A stretch of 64,000 nt of DNA, from positions 112,211,899-112,275,898 of the forward strand of contig NC_092380.1 of assembly GCF_030028105.1 (NCBI RefSeq). The letters are read 5' to 3'. The notes under the pieces are model-generated. The model saw only the letters and a program-made list of their open reading frames with translations, ran no database searches and was not told where the DNA came from. The position numbers were made by a program, and so were the translations under genes. Below, in pieces: positions 39,590 to 52,499 of this stretch (its first letter is position 1; every line of letters begins with the position of its first letter). This DNA comes from Mobula birostris. Taxonomy: Eukaryota.

Positions 39590-41330
39590 ACTGTGGGAGG
39601 TGAGGGAGGAGATTGCTGAGCCTCTGGCAATGATCCTTGCATCATCAATGGGGACTGGAGAGGTTCCAGAGGATTGGAGAGTTGCAGATGTTGTTCCCTT
39701 ATTCAAGAAGGGGAGTAGAGATAGCCCAGGAATTTATAGACCAGTGAGTCTTACTTCAGTGGTTGGTAAGTTGATAGAAAAGATCCTGAGAGGCAGGATT
39801 TATGAACATTTGGAGAGGCATAATGTGATTAGGAATAGTCAGCATGACTTTGTCAAAGGCAGGTTGTGCCTTAGGAGCCTGACTTTATTTTTTGAGGATG
39901 TGACGAAACACATTGATCAAGGTAGAGCAGTAAATGTAGTGTATATGGATTTCAGCAAGCCATTTGATAAGGTACCCCATGCAAGGCTTATTGAAAAAGT
40001 AAGGAGACATGGGGCCCAAGGGGACATTGCTTTCTGGATTCAGAATTGGCTTGCTCACAGAAGGCAAAGAGTGGTTGTAGAGAAAAAAGAATGTCCTTAA
40101 CTCCGAGTGAAGTCATCGGGACGCCGTCATGATGGTTTTTTTTTAAGCAGGCTTTCTTATTTTTACGAGGCCGAGTTGCTAGCTCAACGCTCAACCCAGC
40201 ATGGATGGAAAGCATGCAAGGGAGCCAGTTGGATTCAAACTCAGGAGCCTTCGCTCTGAAGTCCGGCGCTGATGCCACTACGCCACCAGCCAGCCAAAAA
40301 AAGAGTGGTTGTAGACGGGTCATATTCTGCATGGAGGTCGGTGACCAGTGCTATGTCTCAGGGATCTGTTCTAGGACCTCTTCTCTTTGTGATTTTTATA
40401 AATGACCTGGATGAGGAAGTGGAGGGATGGGTTAGTAAATTTGCTGATGACACAAAGGTTGGGGGTGTTGTGGATAGAGTGGAGGGCTGAAAGAGGTTAC
40501 AGCGGGACATCGATAGGATGCAAAACTGGGCTGAGAAGTGGCAGATGGAGTTCAACCCAGATAAATGTGAGGTGGTTCATTTTGGTAGGTCACATATGAT
40601 GGCAGAATATAGTATTAATGGTCAGACTCTTGGCAGTGTGGAGGATCAGAGGGATCTTGGGGTCTGAGTCCATAGGACACTCAAAGCTGCCACGCAGGTT
40701 GACTCTGGTTAAGAGGGCATACAGTGCATTGGCCTTCATCAACCGTGGGATTGAATTTAAGAGCTGAGAGGTAATGTTACAGCTATATGGGACCCTGGTC
40801 AGACCCCACTTGAAGTACTGTGTTCAGTTCTGCTCACCTCACTACAGGAAGGGTGCAGAGGAGATTTACAAGGATGTTGCCTGGATTGGGGAGAATGCCT
40901 TATGAGAATAGACTGAGTGAACTCAGCCTTTTCTCCTTGAAGCGACAGACGATGAGAGGTGACCTGATAGAGGTGTATGAGATGATGAGAGACATTGATC
41001 GTGTGGATAGTCAGAGGCTTTTTCCCAGGGCTGAAATAGCTAGCACAAAAGGGCACAGTTTTAAGGTGCTTGAAAGTAGGTACAGAGCATTTTTTTTTTA
41101 TATACACACAGAGAGTGGTGAGTGCGTGGAATGGGCTGCCAGCGACAGTGGTGGAGGCGGACACAATAGGGTCTTTTAAGATACTTCTGGAAAGGTACAT
41201 GAAGCTTAGAAAAATAGAGGGCTCTGGGTAACCCTACGTAATTTCTAAAATAAGTATGTGTTTGGTACAGCATTGTGGGCCAAAGGGCCTGTATTGTGCT
41301 GTAGGTTTTCTATGTTTTCTATGTTCTATC
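39590..41330 (+). mobile_element. CR1-clade LINE, 5'-truncated, RT to 3' tail
   Basis: PEDWRVADVVPLFKKG..YRPVSLTSVVGK, YMDFSKPFDKVPH and [26 protein letters not shown]; ends in (TTTCTATG)n. Confidence 0.93.
40082..40299 (-). mobile_element. tRNA-derived SINE nested in CR1 with a perfect 16-bp TSD
   Basis: AAAGAGTGGTTGTAGA at 40066-40081 and 40300-40315; A box TGGCGTAGTGG and B box GAGTTTGAATCC on the minus strand. Confidence 0.9.
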
Positions 41331-42423
41331 TTTTTCTAAAACGCCAGAGAAACTCAGCAAGTCAGGCACAAACTATGGGTGGGAATGTTTCAGGCCAGGG
41401 CCCTTCACTAGTCCTGATGGGATGGTCTCAGCTTGAAGCATTGACTGTTAATTCCCCTCCAGACTGTAGATGCTGCCCGACTTACAGAGCTTCTCCAGTA
41501 TTTTGTGTGCGATTTCCAGCATCTGAACAATCTCGTGTTTATGACGAGCAATCCTTACCTGAGGTAGGACATTCTTAACATTTACAGGTTTCTCCACAAA
41601 CAAATTTCCCACATCCCAGTTTTATGTGGCTGATCACTTTATCCAGGGGCTCTGCTCCCTTATTTTCAACTTGCCAGTGAGAGAAAATGGCTTCTTAACA
41701 CCTATCCTGTCAATTCCCCTCAGAATTATATATGTCTTATTCAGATTGAGGGCAGTAGAGTAGCACTAATACAGCACCAGCAAGCCAGGTTCAATTCTAT
41801 TACTGTCTGGAAAGAGTTTGTATTTCTCCCTGTGGCCATGAGGGTTTCATCCAGGTGCTCCAGGGTGGTGGGGTACAGATGCATCTCTACCAAAGGCATA
41901 AGGTGTTCCTTCCCTCCGCTAGCCTGCAGGTCACCCTTGAGCAACCTGACGCCAGGCAGACAATCTCTGAAGAGTATTGATTATGGCTGGGGACACTTGT
42001 CTTGTAAAGCCACTGCCCAGAAGTCAGCAATGGCAAACCATTTCTGTAGAAAAATTTGCCATGAACAATCATGGTCATGGAAAGACCATGACCACCTACG
42101 TCATGCAACATGGTACATAACAAATGGAGCTCCAGTTTCCTCCCACATTGTAAAGACATATGAGTTACTAGGTTGATTGGGTGTAAGAAGGTGGTGTGGG
42201 CCTATTTGGGCCAGAAGAGCCTGCAACTCCACAATCATTCCAAGTAAAAGAGCACACCAGTATTTCCAAGTTAGTAAGTATAGATCTTACTCCTTTGTAA
42301 ATCATTCCCCAGATCCTAAAAGTCAGAGCACCTTATTTATGGCCACAATATGTTAAAGTTAGAAGGTGTCAACTTAAGTTCTTACTTTTACATGTTGCCT
42401 TAAGGAATTATCTATGAACTTAC

Positions 42424-42601
42424 GGGAAAGGGCTCCTTCCAGCTGGCTCCCACAATGGAAGGTCTAACAATGGCAACATTCAGGCTTCCACACTCCTGCT
42501 GCACTACGTATTCAGCCATGGCTTTGGTATAGGTATACGTGTTAGGTCGTTCACCGATCAGTTTCCTTGTAATGTCCTGAACCAAATCATCATCCATCCA
42601 C
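42424..42601 (-). CDS. FAR1: FAR1 exon 5, 178 nt, WMDDDLV...[12 protein letters not shown]...WKEPFP
   Basis: Acceptor ATTCCACAG, donor CCC|GTAAGT, contains catalytic YxxxK and RPSIV. Confidence 0.96.
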
Positions 42602-44928
42602 CTGTGGAATAATGGAAATCCATGGAAAAATGAAGCCTTTGAGAAGTGTTTTAATCTACAGTTCAAAAATTAAAAAATTAGGAAAGGGACTTGGGAGTCT
42701 TCGTGCAGGATTCTCTAAAGGTTAACTTGCAGGTTAAGTTGGTGGTGAGGAAGGCAAATGCAATGTTGCCATTCATTTCAAGAGCTGTAGAATGTAAGAG
42801 CAAGAATGTAATGCCGAGAGTTTATAAGGAATTGGTCAGACTGCATTTGGAGTATTGGGAGTAGTTTTGGGCCCCTTACTTAAGGAGGAATGTACTGGCA
42901 TTGGAGAGAGTCTAGAGAAATGGAAGTATTAACATAGAGATACGTTTGATGGTTCTGGGACCGTTCTCTCTGGAGTTCAGAATAATGGGGAGGGCGGGAA
43001 GAATCTCAATTGAAACTTATTGAAAATTGAAAGGCCAAGATGTGGTGAAGATGTTTCCTATAGTGGGAGAGTGTAGAAGACTCAATGGGCAGAATGGTAT
43101 ATATCAAAATTATAAAACCAGACAGTGTAATTCAGTGCAACAGGCTGCACCTGTAAGGGGAATGGACAGTCAATGTTTCAGGATGAGTCCTTTCATATTA
43201 ACTGCTCTTTTAAGTAATTAAAAATGGTGCAGAGAGTGCAAAGTGCCCTGTAGGTGGGAAGGGACTGGACAAGAGGGAGGGAAGGGAAAAGAAAAAAGAC
43301 AGAGTTAAAGTATGAGGAGGTAAGTTCAATAGGGCAAGAGCCAACACCAACAATGAGCCTACCAGGCCAACAAAAGAGCTGGAGGAACCCAACGGAATAA
43401 GCAGCACTTAGGGACTCTGTGGTTAATGGTCCACATATCTCTGGTTACTTTTTTTTTCCATTTGCATGATCTGATCGAGGTGCTTGGGTGTGGAACTAGC
43501 TCTGTGGCTGAGGACTACAGTCATTGACACAGCGCTAAACTAAACTGATTCAGTCGCTGTCACTCCTGGACCATTTCGGGGACTCAGTGGTTTGATGGTT
43601 AATATTTTGTGTGTTATTTGCTCACTTTTTGATGTTTGCATGATTTATTTTTTCATGCATTGAGTGTTTGATTTTTTTTTAAAAAAGGGGTTCCAATGGT
43701 GTTTCTTTGTTTAGTAGCTACCTGGAGGACGTATCTCTGAGCTGTATATTGTACACATACTTTGATAATAAAGGTACTTAACTTTGAAATGGAGAGTTGA
43801 CAGTTTGAGTTAATACCTTTCGTCAGGACTGGAAAGAGTGGATAACTTTACATTCAACACTGAACTAATGCCACAACCTATGGACTCACTTTTAGGGACT
43901 CTACAACTCACATATTATTTGTTTTTTTAATGTTTTTGCACAATTTGCCCACTTTTGCACATTGATCTTTGTGTAGTTTTCATTAGTTCTATAGTATCTC
44001 TGTTCTACTGTGATGCCTGCAATAAACTGAATCTCAGCATAGTATGTGGTGGCATATACTTACTTCGGTAATGAATTTACTTTGAACTTTGAAAAGGTGA
44101 GATAGCCAGAATAAAAAGGTGAGTAAAGAAATGGAACATGGGTAACAGGTGGCACAGAGGGGTAACAGACAGCAATGGTCTCACAAAACTGCTAAAGAGA
44201 AGACAATAGCATTGTGGCGGGCAACTGCTCCTTCCCATCCATAGATGTTGTCTGATCTGTTATATACCTCCATTTTCCTTGTATGTTGTTCCACATTCCC
44301 AATATCTTCACTATTGTGTCTCCAGCCTACAACGGCAGGCCAGTATATGAATCGTGCATTGCAAGTTGCTAGGGATGCCAGGGTAATACAGCAGCTAGCA
44401 GAATGCTGTTATAGCCTGGGGTGTTTCGGAGTTTGAAGTTCAATTCTGTCGCTGTCTGCAAGGAGTTTGTACTTTCACCCTGTGAACCGCATGGATTTTC
44501 TCTGGGTGTTTCGGTTTCCTCCCACAATCCAAAGACGTACTGATTAGTAAGTTAATTGGTCATTGTAAACTGTCCTTGATTAAGTTAGGGTTAATCAGGT
44601 GAGTTTGCTGGAGCAGCGTGGCTCGTTGGGCCAGAAGGGACTTACCCTAGGAGAAAGCACTTATTTATTGCTAAATAAAATAAGTTATCTCTTGTGCCCT
44701 AACTTAATGAAACAAAACATGCAGCTTTAGCAATGCAAATTCAATATTCCAGAACCTACGGAAGCTTTAAAGTAGTTGGAATACCTTTGATGACCTGGAA
44801 GTAAGGGTGGACAATGTGTAAGTAATAACTAGATTGCGGCGGGGGGTGGGGGGGGGGCGGTGGTGGAAATTAACCAATCAAGTCAGTTTTACACAAAGAG
44901 CTGGAAAGAAATAAGACAACAAACATAC

Positions 44929-45108
44929 TCCAGAGCTTCAATCAATTTTTTAGGGTCAACTGGAGGTGGATAAATGACCTCCTCAATATGCTTCCGATTG
45001 CAGTGCGCGTAGGCGGTGGAAACGTGAATGAACACTTCGAGCTTCTTCATCAACTGTGCAAATGCAAGGAGCTGGCGGGTGGCAACCACATTCAACTGCA
45101 TTGCATCT
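44929..45108 (-). CDS. FAR1: FAR1 exon 4, 180 nt, [13 protein letters not shown]...HVSTAY...KKLIEAL
   Basis: Acceptor TTTCTTTGCAG, donor GA|GTATGT, HVSTAY motif. Confidence 0.96.
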
Positions 45109-48100
45109 CTGCAAAGAAAGAAAAAAAACAGAGTTCATCCTCAGATCAGCCTTTCTGATCGACGTTCCTAATCTGCGGAATTCAAAACCTAAAACTATAA
45201 GAGATATAGACCCAGTTGACACTTTTAAATACCAACTCAAAATCTATTTAATTTTACTTTTAACTAACGTCTTTGTCTTTTGTTTTCATGTTTTCACTTT
45301 ATCCCATTGTAAAGCACTTTGAACTACATCTGTATGAAAAGCACTCCATAAATAAGTTGTTACCATTGTTAATATTAAATATCTTGACACTCAAATGCAG
45401 CAAGATGCAGGTAATGAAATTCTTTTGCCTGGATTATGAGCATGTCTTATCACGATAATTGAGCGAGCTAAGGCTTTTCTCTTTGGAGAGCAAAGAAGGT
45501 GACTTGATAGACATGTACAAGATAAGAGGCACAGGATGTAATGCTGAGCCTTTACAAGGCATTGGCCAGACTGGTTCATTATGGTTGTTAGAGCCGGGGT
45601 GGTGGTGGTGGTGGTGGTGGGGATAAGCTCCCATTACCTATTGAATGCTGCCAATAGCGTGCATCTCAAATAGCCTCCAACATCCAAGTCCAGCTTCTGA
45701 CCTTCATGTGTGGTTTAGGTACTATGCCCAGCAGATCCCTTTCTACTGACAGGGGAAGGGACAACAGCAGGTTACTGGCCAGCCAGTTGCTTCGAGCAGA
45801 TGGGGCTCATCAGCCATGACTGGCAGCTCAACCTAGGAGAAAGAAAACTCTGATCTCAAAACCCTGCTGCCTTGCAGCTATACCCATTCATGGGGAAGGC
45901 TTCGGGAGTAAACCCTAAGAAACATCCAGAGCTGGAGTCCCTAAGGGACCCACATTGAGTTCAAAGGTGATTGGCAACTCCTGCAAAGCCACTGGTACCA
46001 AACTGTATCAGTCTCTGCCGGTCCTTTGGATTCATCATCTGTTTGGAGCTTGCTGCAAGGTCAACAGCTTGCTCTTCTTTTCGTACTGCCCTTGCTTGTG
46101 TATCACGTAGACAGATAGGACACATCCATGGTCGACCCCAGTCAATGGAGGGTCACATTTGAAGACCACGTACGGAGTATTTTGAGTAGCTTTAAGTGTC
46201 ATTTCTGAGAAAGGATGTGCTGGCATTGGAGAGGGTGCAGAGAAGGTTCAAGCAATTGATCCTGGGAATGAAAGGGACAATGTATGAAGAGTATGTGATG
46301 GTTCTGGGCCTATATTCTGAAGTTTTGAAAACTGAGAGGGGAAATCTCATTGAAACCTATTGAATATTGAAATGCTTAGATACAATGGATATGGAGAAGA
46401 TCTTTCCTATAGTGGGGGGGGGGGGGGTCTAGTACCAGAGGGCACAACCTTAAGTTAGAGGGATGTCCCTTTGGAGCAGAGATGAGGAGGAATTTATTTT
46501 GCTGGATGGTAGTGAATGTGTGGAATTCACTGACACAGACGGTTGTGGAGGCCAAATCACTGGGTATACTTAAAGTGGAGGTTGATAAGTTCTTAATTAC
46601 CCCATCCCGTAAAACCTTAGCTACAGAAACACCAACAAGCTCCAAAGACCTCATCCCTGGGAGAGGAAAGATCTTCGCCTATAAGACTGACAAAGTCATG
46701 TGGTGAAAGCAGAAGCCACAGGGTCGATCAACCTTCTTTCAGCCCTGCATAGAGGACTCTGATGAGCTACTGCCAGTGGCCTATGCCCCAGTGGGAGTGA
46801 TGGGCTTGAGAAACAGGAAGTGGTTTTGGACAGAGCAGATCATACCTTACAAACTTGATTGAATTTTTTTTTTTGTAGGACTGTGGACATAAGGAATTTG
46901 ACAAGGTTCCTCATTACAGACTGATCTACAAGATCAAGATGCTTATGATTTAGTGACTTGGTAGTCAAGAGTCATAGTAGACTGAGGGAACTGGTGGAAG
47001 GATGTTATTCTGCCTGGGTGCCCATGACCAGGTAGTGGAGCCTCTTGTTTATGATGTACGTAAATAACTTGGATGAAAATGCAGACTGACGAGTTATTAA
47101 GTTTACAGATGACACAAAGATTGCTGGAGTTGAGGACAGTGCAGAGGGCTGTCAAAGAATACAGCAGAATACTGACCTCTTTGGGGCAAAGGAGGTTGAG
47201 AGATAAAATTGTACAAGATGATAAAAGGCGTAGATCAAGTGGAGAACTACAGACTTTTTCCCAGGGTGAAAATAGCTAATACAAGGGGGCATAATTTTAA
47301 TGTGATTGGAGGAAAGTATATGGGGATGTCAGAGGTAGGTATTTTACAAGCAAGGTGGTGCGTGCATGGAACACAGAAACAGAAGTGGTGTTAGCAGCAG
47401 ATACATTAGGGCCATTTAAGAGACTCGGATGATGGAAAAACAGAGGGCTACTTGGGAGGGAATGGTTAGATTGATCTTAGAGTAGGTTAACAAGTTGATT
47501 AAAAGCATATCAAAAGTACTATGCTGTATTGTTCTACAATCTATAGTCAGTTACTGACATGGACGGGCAAATGGCAGATGGAGCTTAATCCAAGCAAGCG
47601 CAAGGTATTACATTTCGGAAAGTCAAATACAGAGGGACCTTGTGGTCAAAACCCACAGCTCACTGCAAGGAGTAACACTAATAAGTAGGGTGATAGAGGC
47701 AGTGTTTGACATCCCAGCCTTCACTGGTTGGTGTACTGAATATTGTCACATTGCAGCTGTATTAAAACTTTGGTTTGTCCACTGTTGAAGTATTGTGTGC
47801 AATTCTGGTTGCCTCATTGCAGCTACAGTGCTGGAAGGTGAATGTTAGAGCAACACTGTTTAAAAAAAAACATTTTAACAGGCTTGGTGAGACACTGGTG
47901 CCAAATAAGGGCTGATGCATATAAAACATTTTAGAAGAAGGCGCCAGATCAGATTTCATGTTAGAAATTAGAAGCAATCTACTTTCAGACAAAATCTACT
48001 TTAAATGAAAGTAAACATTTACAAGAGTAGATTTATTGTTTCTCACTGCAATACTCCAAAATGCAAGGTTGTACAACATTTATAATCCTCCTTCATAAAG

Positions 48101-48843
48101 TGATTCATCCTGAAATGACAGCCAGAACATTCGGTAATACTGCATTCACTGTGTGGGTGGGAAAAGCAAAAGCAAGTTCCACAAAAGAGAAAAATCAAAA
48201 CATGACTGTATCATCTCAGCCAGCTCCCGGTCATTGTAGAGGCTCATTGACCACCACCACCCAGGCCATGCTCTCTTCTCACTGTTGCCATCAGGAAGGA
48301 GGTACAGGAGCGTTAGGCCCCACACCACCAGGTTCAGCAACAATTATTACCCTTCAATCATCAGGTCCCTGAACCAGCATGAGTAACTTCACTCACCTCA
48401 ACTCTGAACTGATTCCACAACCTACAGACTCACTTTCAAGGACACTACACTCATGTTCTCAATATTATTTATTTTTAAAAAATTATTATTGGTTATTTTT
48501 TGTATTTGCATATGGTTGCTTGTTGGTCTTTGTGTGTAGTTTTTCATTGATTCTATCGCATTTCTTTGTTCTACTGTGAATGCCTGTAAGAAAATGAATC
48601 TCAGGGTAGTACAGTCGACCTTCACAAGTCCGACTACTTGTAATCCGGTTCCTTCAATAATCTGGCACTGATTTCAAATTTTCCGCACAACTGTAATTTC
48701 AAATTTCCCAGGCCACTGTACCAATCTGCTGCGCATTGCTTTGGTTGCACTAGATCTGTTCACATGTTGGCGCGCACAGACAGGCGATTCCTGTTTGTTT
48801 TCCTGCATTTATTAATATCATTGGCTCATTTTTAGCCCCAATA

Positions 48844-49974
48844 ATGGCCCCACTTCGTGCTATGAGCAAAAACACTGCACATTATCTATTAAAGATAAGG
48901 TTGAACTCTTGGGGAAAAAAACTGGACAGTGGTGTATCGGTGAAAAGCTTGTGCAAGTGTTACAACATTGGCTCTTCCACAGTGTACGATATAAAGAAAC
49001 AGAAAGAAAAACTGTTAAACCTTTTTGCTGATAGTGGCTCAAAGAAACAGATGTGCATAAGAAAAACAAGGAAAGACAGAAGAAGTTCGGAACTAGATAA
49101 AGTGCTGATAATGTGGTTTAATCTTCGTGTCAGTGAAGGTGTTGAACTATCTGGAGATATGGTGAAGGAACAAGCAAAAGTGTTTCCTGAAGAACTAGGA
49201 CTAGAATATGAGTGTGACTGTAGTGAAGGCTGGCTTCATCAGTTCAAGCATCATGGCTTACAGTTTCGTGCAGTGTGTGGTGAAAAACATTCAGCAGACA
49301 AGGAAACAGCAGCACAGTTTGTTGACGAGTTCACCAAGTTAGACTCCGATGAAAAATTAAGCCCCAAGCAGGTGTACAATGATGATGAGACTGCTTTGTA
49401 TTGGAGATGTACACCACGAAGAACACTAACAACAGCAGATGCAGAATCGTCAACAGGGTATAAGGCATCGAGAGATCGTGTGACTTTGCTGGGCTGCTTT
49501 AATGCTGCAGGAACCCACAGATGTAAGTTACTGGTCATTGGCAAAAGTTTACGTCCCAGGGCCTTCAAAGGTATGACTCAATTTCCGGTAGCAGAGAGAC
49601 TTTCTATTGACAGGCTAATTAAGTTGACAGGTGAATTGCTGAAAGGATTAGAGCAACGATGTTTTATAACTGAGCAAGAAATAATGAGTGTTTATATGTT
49701 GCAGGATAAACTAATCAGAGAGAGACCAAAATATATGAAACAGCTTACCTTGGAAGATATGTTCAAAACAATTGCTAGAAAAAGTGCAACAGGGGAGCTA
49801 ACACTTCAGAATCCACTGCCATCAACCTCTGCTCACCCAGATGTGCTGCCACCAACGTTAACAGTTTTTGAAGAAACTGTTGTGCCAGTTTCAACACCAG
49901 TTCCTGATGTTTCACTCATTTTTCAAGATGAAGATGTTGATGATCCTGACAACCCCACACTTGCAGACATGTAA
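48844..49974 (+). pseudogene. Tigger/CENP-B-like transposase ORF, 376 aa, lacking most of the DDE core
   Basis: HTH (YNIGSSTVYDIKK), Tc5-type HTH (ELDKVLIMWF...SEGWLHQFK), start of DDE_1 (VYNDDETALYW, RVTLLGCFNAAGTH), then a jump to the C-terminus near 49590. Confidence 0.8.
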
Positions 49975-50028
49975 CTTTGCCTGAAGGTATATTAAACGTC
50001 TCACTTTAGAAGTGGAAGTGCTCAATTG

Positions 50029-50590
50029 GGAGGAAGAGAAGATGGCGACGCGACGCAGCGCGCACAACCTCTCAGGTGATGAATATCTGTAATCTATCGA
50101 GTAGGAGGCCATGCACAACTCTGATCTGATGGAGGCAGATGTAAGAGCACGGAGGAACATCTGGTGAAACTTCTGAAATGCCTGCTTTGCTGCCGCTGCT
50201 ACTGTGTGATCCGAAATCTCCGGAGGGCTGGTTGGAGGCTCAAAGTTTTCAGACGGACTCAGAGTCGGACTGTGGTTCGGTGCTTCCAGGATGCTACATC
50301 GGCAAGTTTGCTTCGCTGGAAGTTCATGGCAGGGAGAGTTTCTCCTACCATCTGCATGAGATGTTGGGGCTATCAGGACTTTGAGACTTTTTTTCTGTGC
50401 CCATGCCCTTATCAAATTATGGTATTGCTTTGCACTGTTGTAACTATATGTTATAATTATGTGGTTTTTGTCAATTTTAGTCTTGGTCTGTCTTGTGTTT
50501 CTGTGGTATCATACCGGAGGAACATTGTATCATTTTTTAATGCATGCATTTCTAAATGACAATAAATGAGGACTGAGCGTCCTCATAATC
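50029..50590 (+). mobile_element. Non-autonomous retroelement copy B, nested in Tigger
   Basis: AAGATGGCG at 50039-50047, ends TGACAATAAA...CCTCATAATC, homologous to 17467-18132. Confidence 0.8.
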
Positions 50591-51450
50591 GTAAAAAAAA
50601 CTTCTCTGTACGAGTTAATTCCTGTACATTTACCTGTACCCTTTATTTTAACTGTGCCTGTACAGTATGTTACTTTACTAAAATTTCACTTGCTGCTCAT
50701 TTAATATTTCTGTTTCATTATCATCTAACTTGTACTGATTTACATGATATTTTAAAGATATGATAAAGCAGTTAGCTATTGCTTAATGTGATCCTTCTGT
50801 AATTCGGCATTTACACTAATCCGGCACTCCTCAGGTCCCAATGGTGCTGGATTAGTGAAGGTCGACCCATATACGTTTTGAATATAAACTTGCTATGAAT
50901 TTGTAACCCACTTAAGCTTAGGATACACAGTAGAGAAACTTGGCAGACCATAACCACACTCAAAATTTCTTGCCCCACGGGAAGAACATTCTCCCCACTT
51001 TGTAAAATTCCTGCTTTCTGCATTTTTTGGTTGCATGTTATTCCACCTTGTCCAAACTACCCTGCTTGTAGAATTGCTACAAAGTATCAATGATGATTAA
51101 TTGGTATTATTGTGCTGTATTGATTTGGCATGACATATCCCAACCAGTTTAACAAGAACAAAAAAAGGAGATTGTCCATGCTGGAACAGGTGTCCTCCGC
51201 TTTCCAAACGTTCGCTTTACGACATTTCACTTTTACGAAAGACCTACATTAGTACCCGTTTTCGCTAACGGAAAGAGGATTTTTGCTTTTATGAAAAATG
51301 ATGCCCACTTTAAACTTGTGTTTTCCCCGAGAAAGACTACCATGACCATGAAGCCTTGTGTGGGCAGGTGTGCGTATGCGAGTACGTGCCGATTTTTTTC
51401 TACAAATCAGTTTTCGCTCAATCTTCCCGATTCTGATAAGTGAAACATTA

Positions 51451-52175
51451 CAGTCGGCCCTCCTTATCTGCGAGTTCAGCATGCGCGAATTCAACCAACC
51501 GCAAATCGGGAAAACCCGGAAGTTCTCTCTCCAGCACTCGTTGTTCGAGCATTGTTCGACTTTGTCTCGCTCTTTCGCTACTTTGTTTCTGTGAAAAAAT
51601 GGTTCCTAAAAAGCAATTACGAGGTCAAAGCAATTCCTCAAAGGCTAAGAGGGAGCGTAAAGTGCTATCTCTTGGCGAGAAATTAGAAATATTAGATCTT
51701 TTGTAAAGTGGCATGTCGCATTCCGAAGTGAGCCGTAAGGTCGGTAAGAACGAATCGAGCATTCGTACAATAAAGCAGAAAGAAGCTGAAGTTCGTGGAA
51801 GTGTTAGTGCTAGGGATGGCTGGCTGGCTATGTAAAGCGCTACAGCCTCAAGAACTTAAAGATCATGGGAGAATCAGCATCAGCGTTCCCNNNNNNNNNN
51901 NNNNNNNNNNNNNNNNNNNNNNNNNNNNNNNNNNNNNNNNNNNNNNNNNNNNNNNNNNNNNNNNNNNNNNNNNNNNNNNNNNNNNNNNNNNNNNNNNNNN
52001 NNNNNNNNNNNNNNNNNNNNNNNNNNNNNCACTGAGGGTGGCCGGTCCTGTGCTGCCCTGGGTCCTAATGTCCACCCGCATGAGCCAGGTTAAATAAGGG
52101 ACTTGAGCATCCGCGATTTCTGATATCTGCAGGGGGTCTCGGAACCAATCCCTCACAGATAAGGAGGGCCGACTG
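51451..52175 (+). mobile_element. Tigger1/MER2-like element nested in the previous one; spans the assembly gap
   Basis: TIR CAGTCGGCCCTCCTTATCTG is perfect at both ends with TA TSD; N-terminal transposase MVPKKQ...RKVLSLGEKLEILDLL*SGMSHSEV..KNESSIRTI. Confidence 0.9.
51891..52029. other. Assembly gap (139 N)
   Basis: Run of n characters. Confidence 1.
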
Positions 52176-52499
52176 TACTTCTACTTTATATAGGCTGTGT
52201 ATTTATCATATCATTCCTGCTTTTACTATACGTTAGTGTTATTTTAGGTTTTATGCGCTATTTGGTATGATTTGGTAGGTTTTTTTTGTGTCTGTTAATG
52301 CTCAAAAATTTTTCCCATATAAGTTCATTGTAATTGCTTCTTCACTTTACGCCATTTCGGCTTACAAACAGTTTCATAGGAACGCTCTACCTTCGGATAG
52401 TGGGGGAAACCCGAATTTGGAACAAAAAAAAAGAGAAAATGCTAGAAGAGCTCAGAAAGTCTTCACAGGAAAACAGAACAATATAGCACAAGACAACTC

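Larger units (their letters stand above)
48612..50869 (+). mobile_element. Tigger/pogo DNA transposon with internally deleted transposase
   Basis: TA-CAGTCGACCTTCAC at the left end and GTGAAGGTCGAC..TA at the right; inserted into a Rex-type tail that resumes after it. Confidence 0.9.
51187..52413. mobile_element. Tigger-type non-autonomous element (outer)
   Basis: Imperfect TIRs CAGGTGTCCTCCGCTTTCCAAACG and CTTCGGATAGTGGGGGAAACCCG. Confidence 0.6.

Noticed and set aside
40200-40299. tRNA gene (also 12482-12545 and the V-SINE heads)
   Set aside because: A and B boxes are present but no complete cloverleaf was found; they continue into SINE bodies and one has a TSD.
48844-49974. Domesticated TIGD/JRK-type host gene
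   Set aside because: It is still flanked by TIRs and TA, nested in another repeat, has a frameshifted N-terminal motif and lacks the DDE core; it is better treated as a transposon derivative.
51795-52156. ORFs spanning the X run
   Set aside because: Artefacts of translating the N gap.
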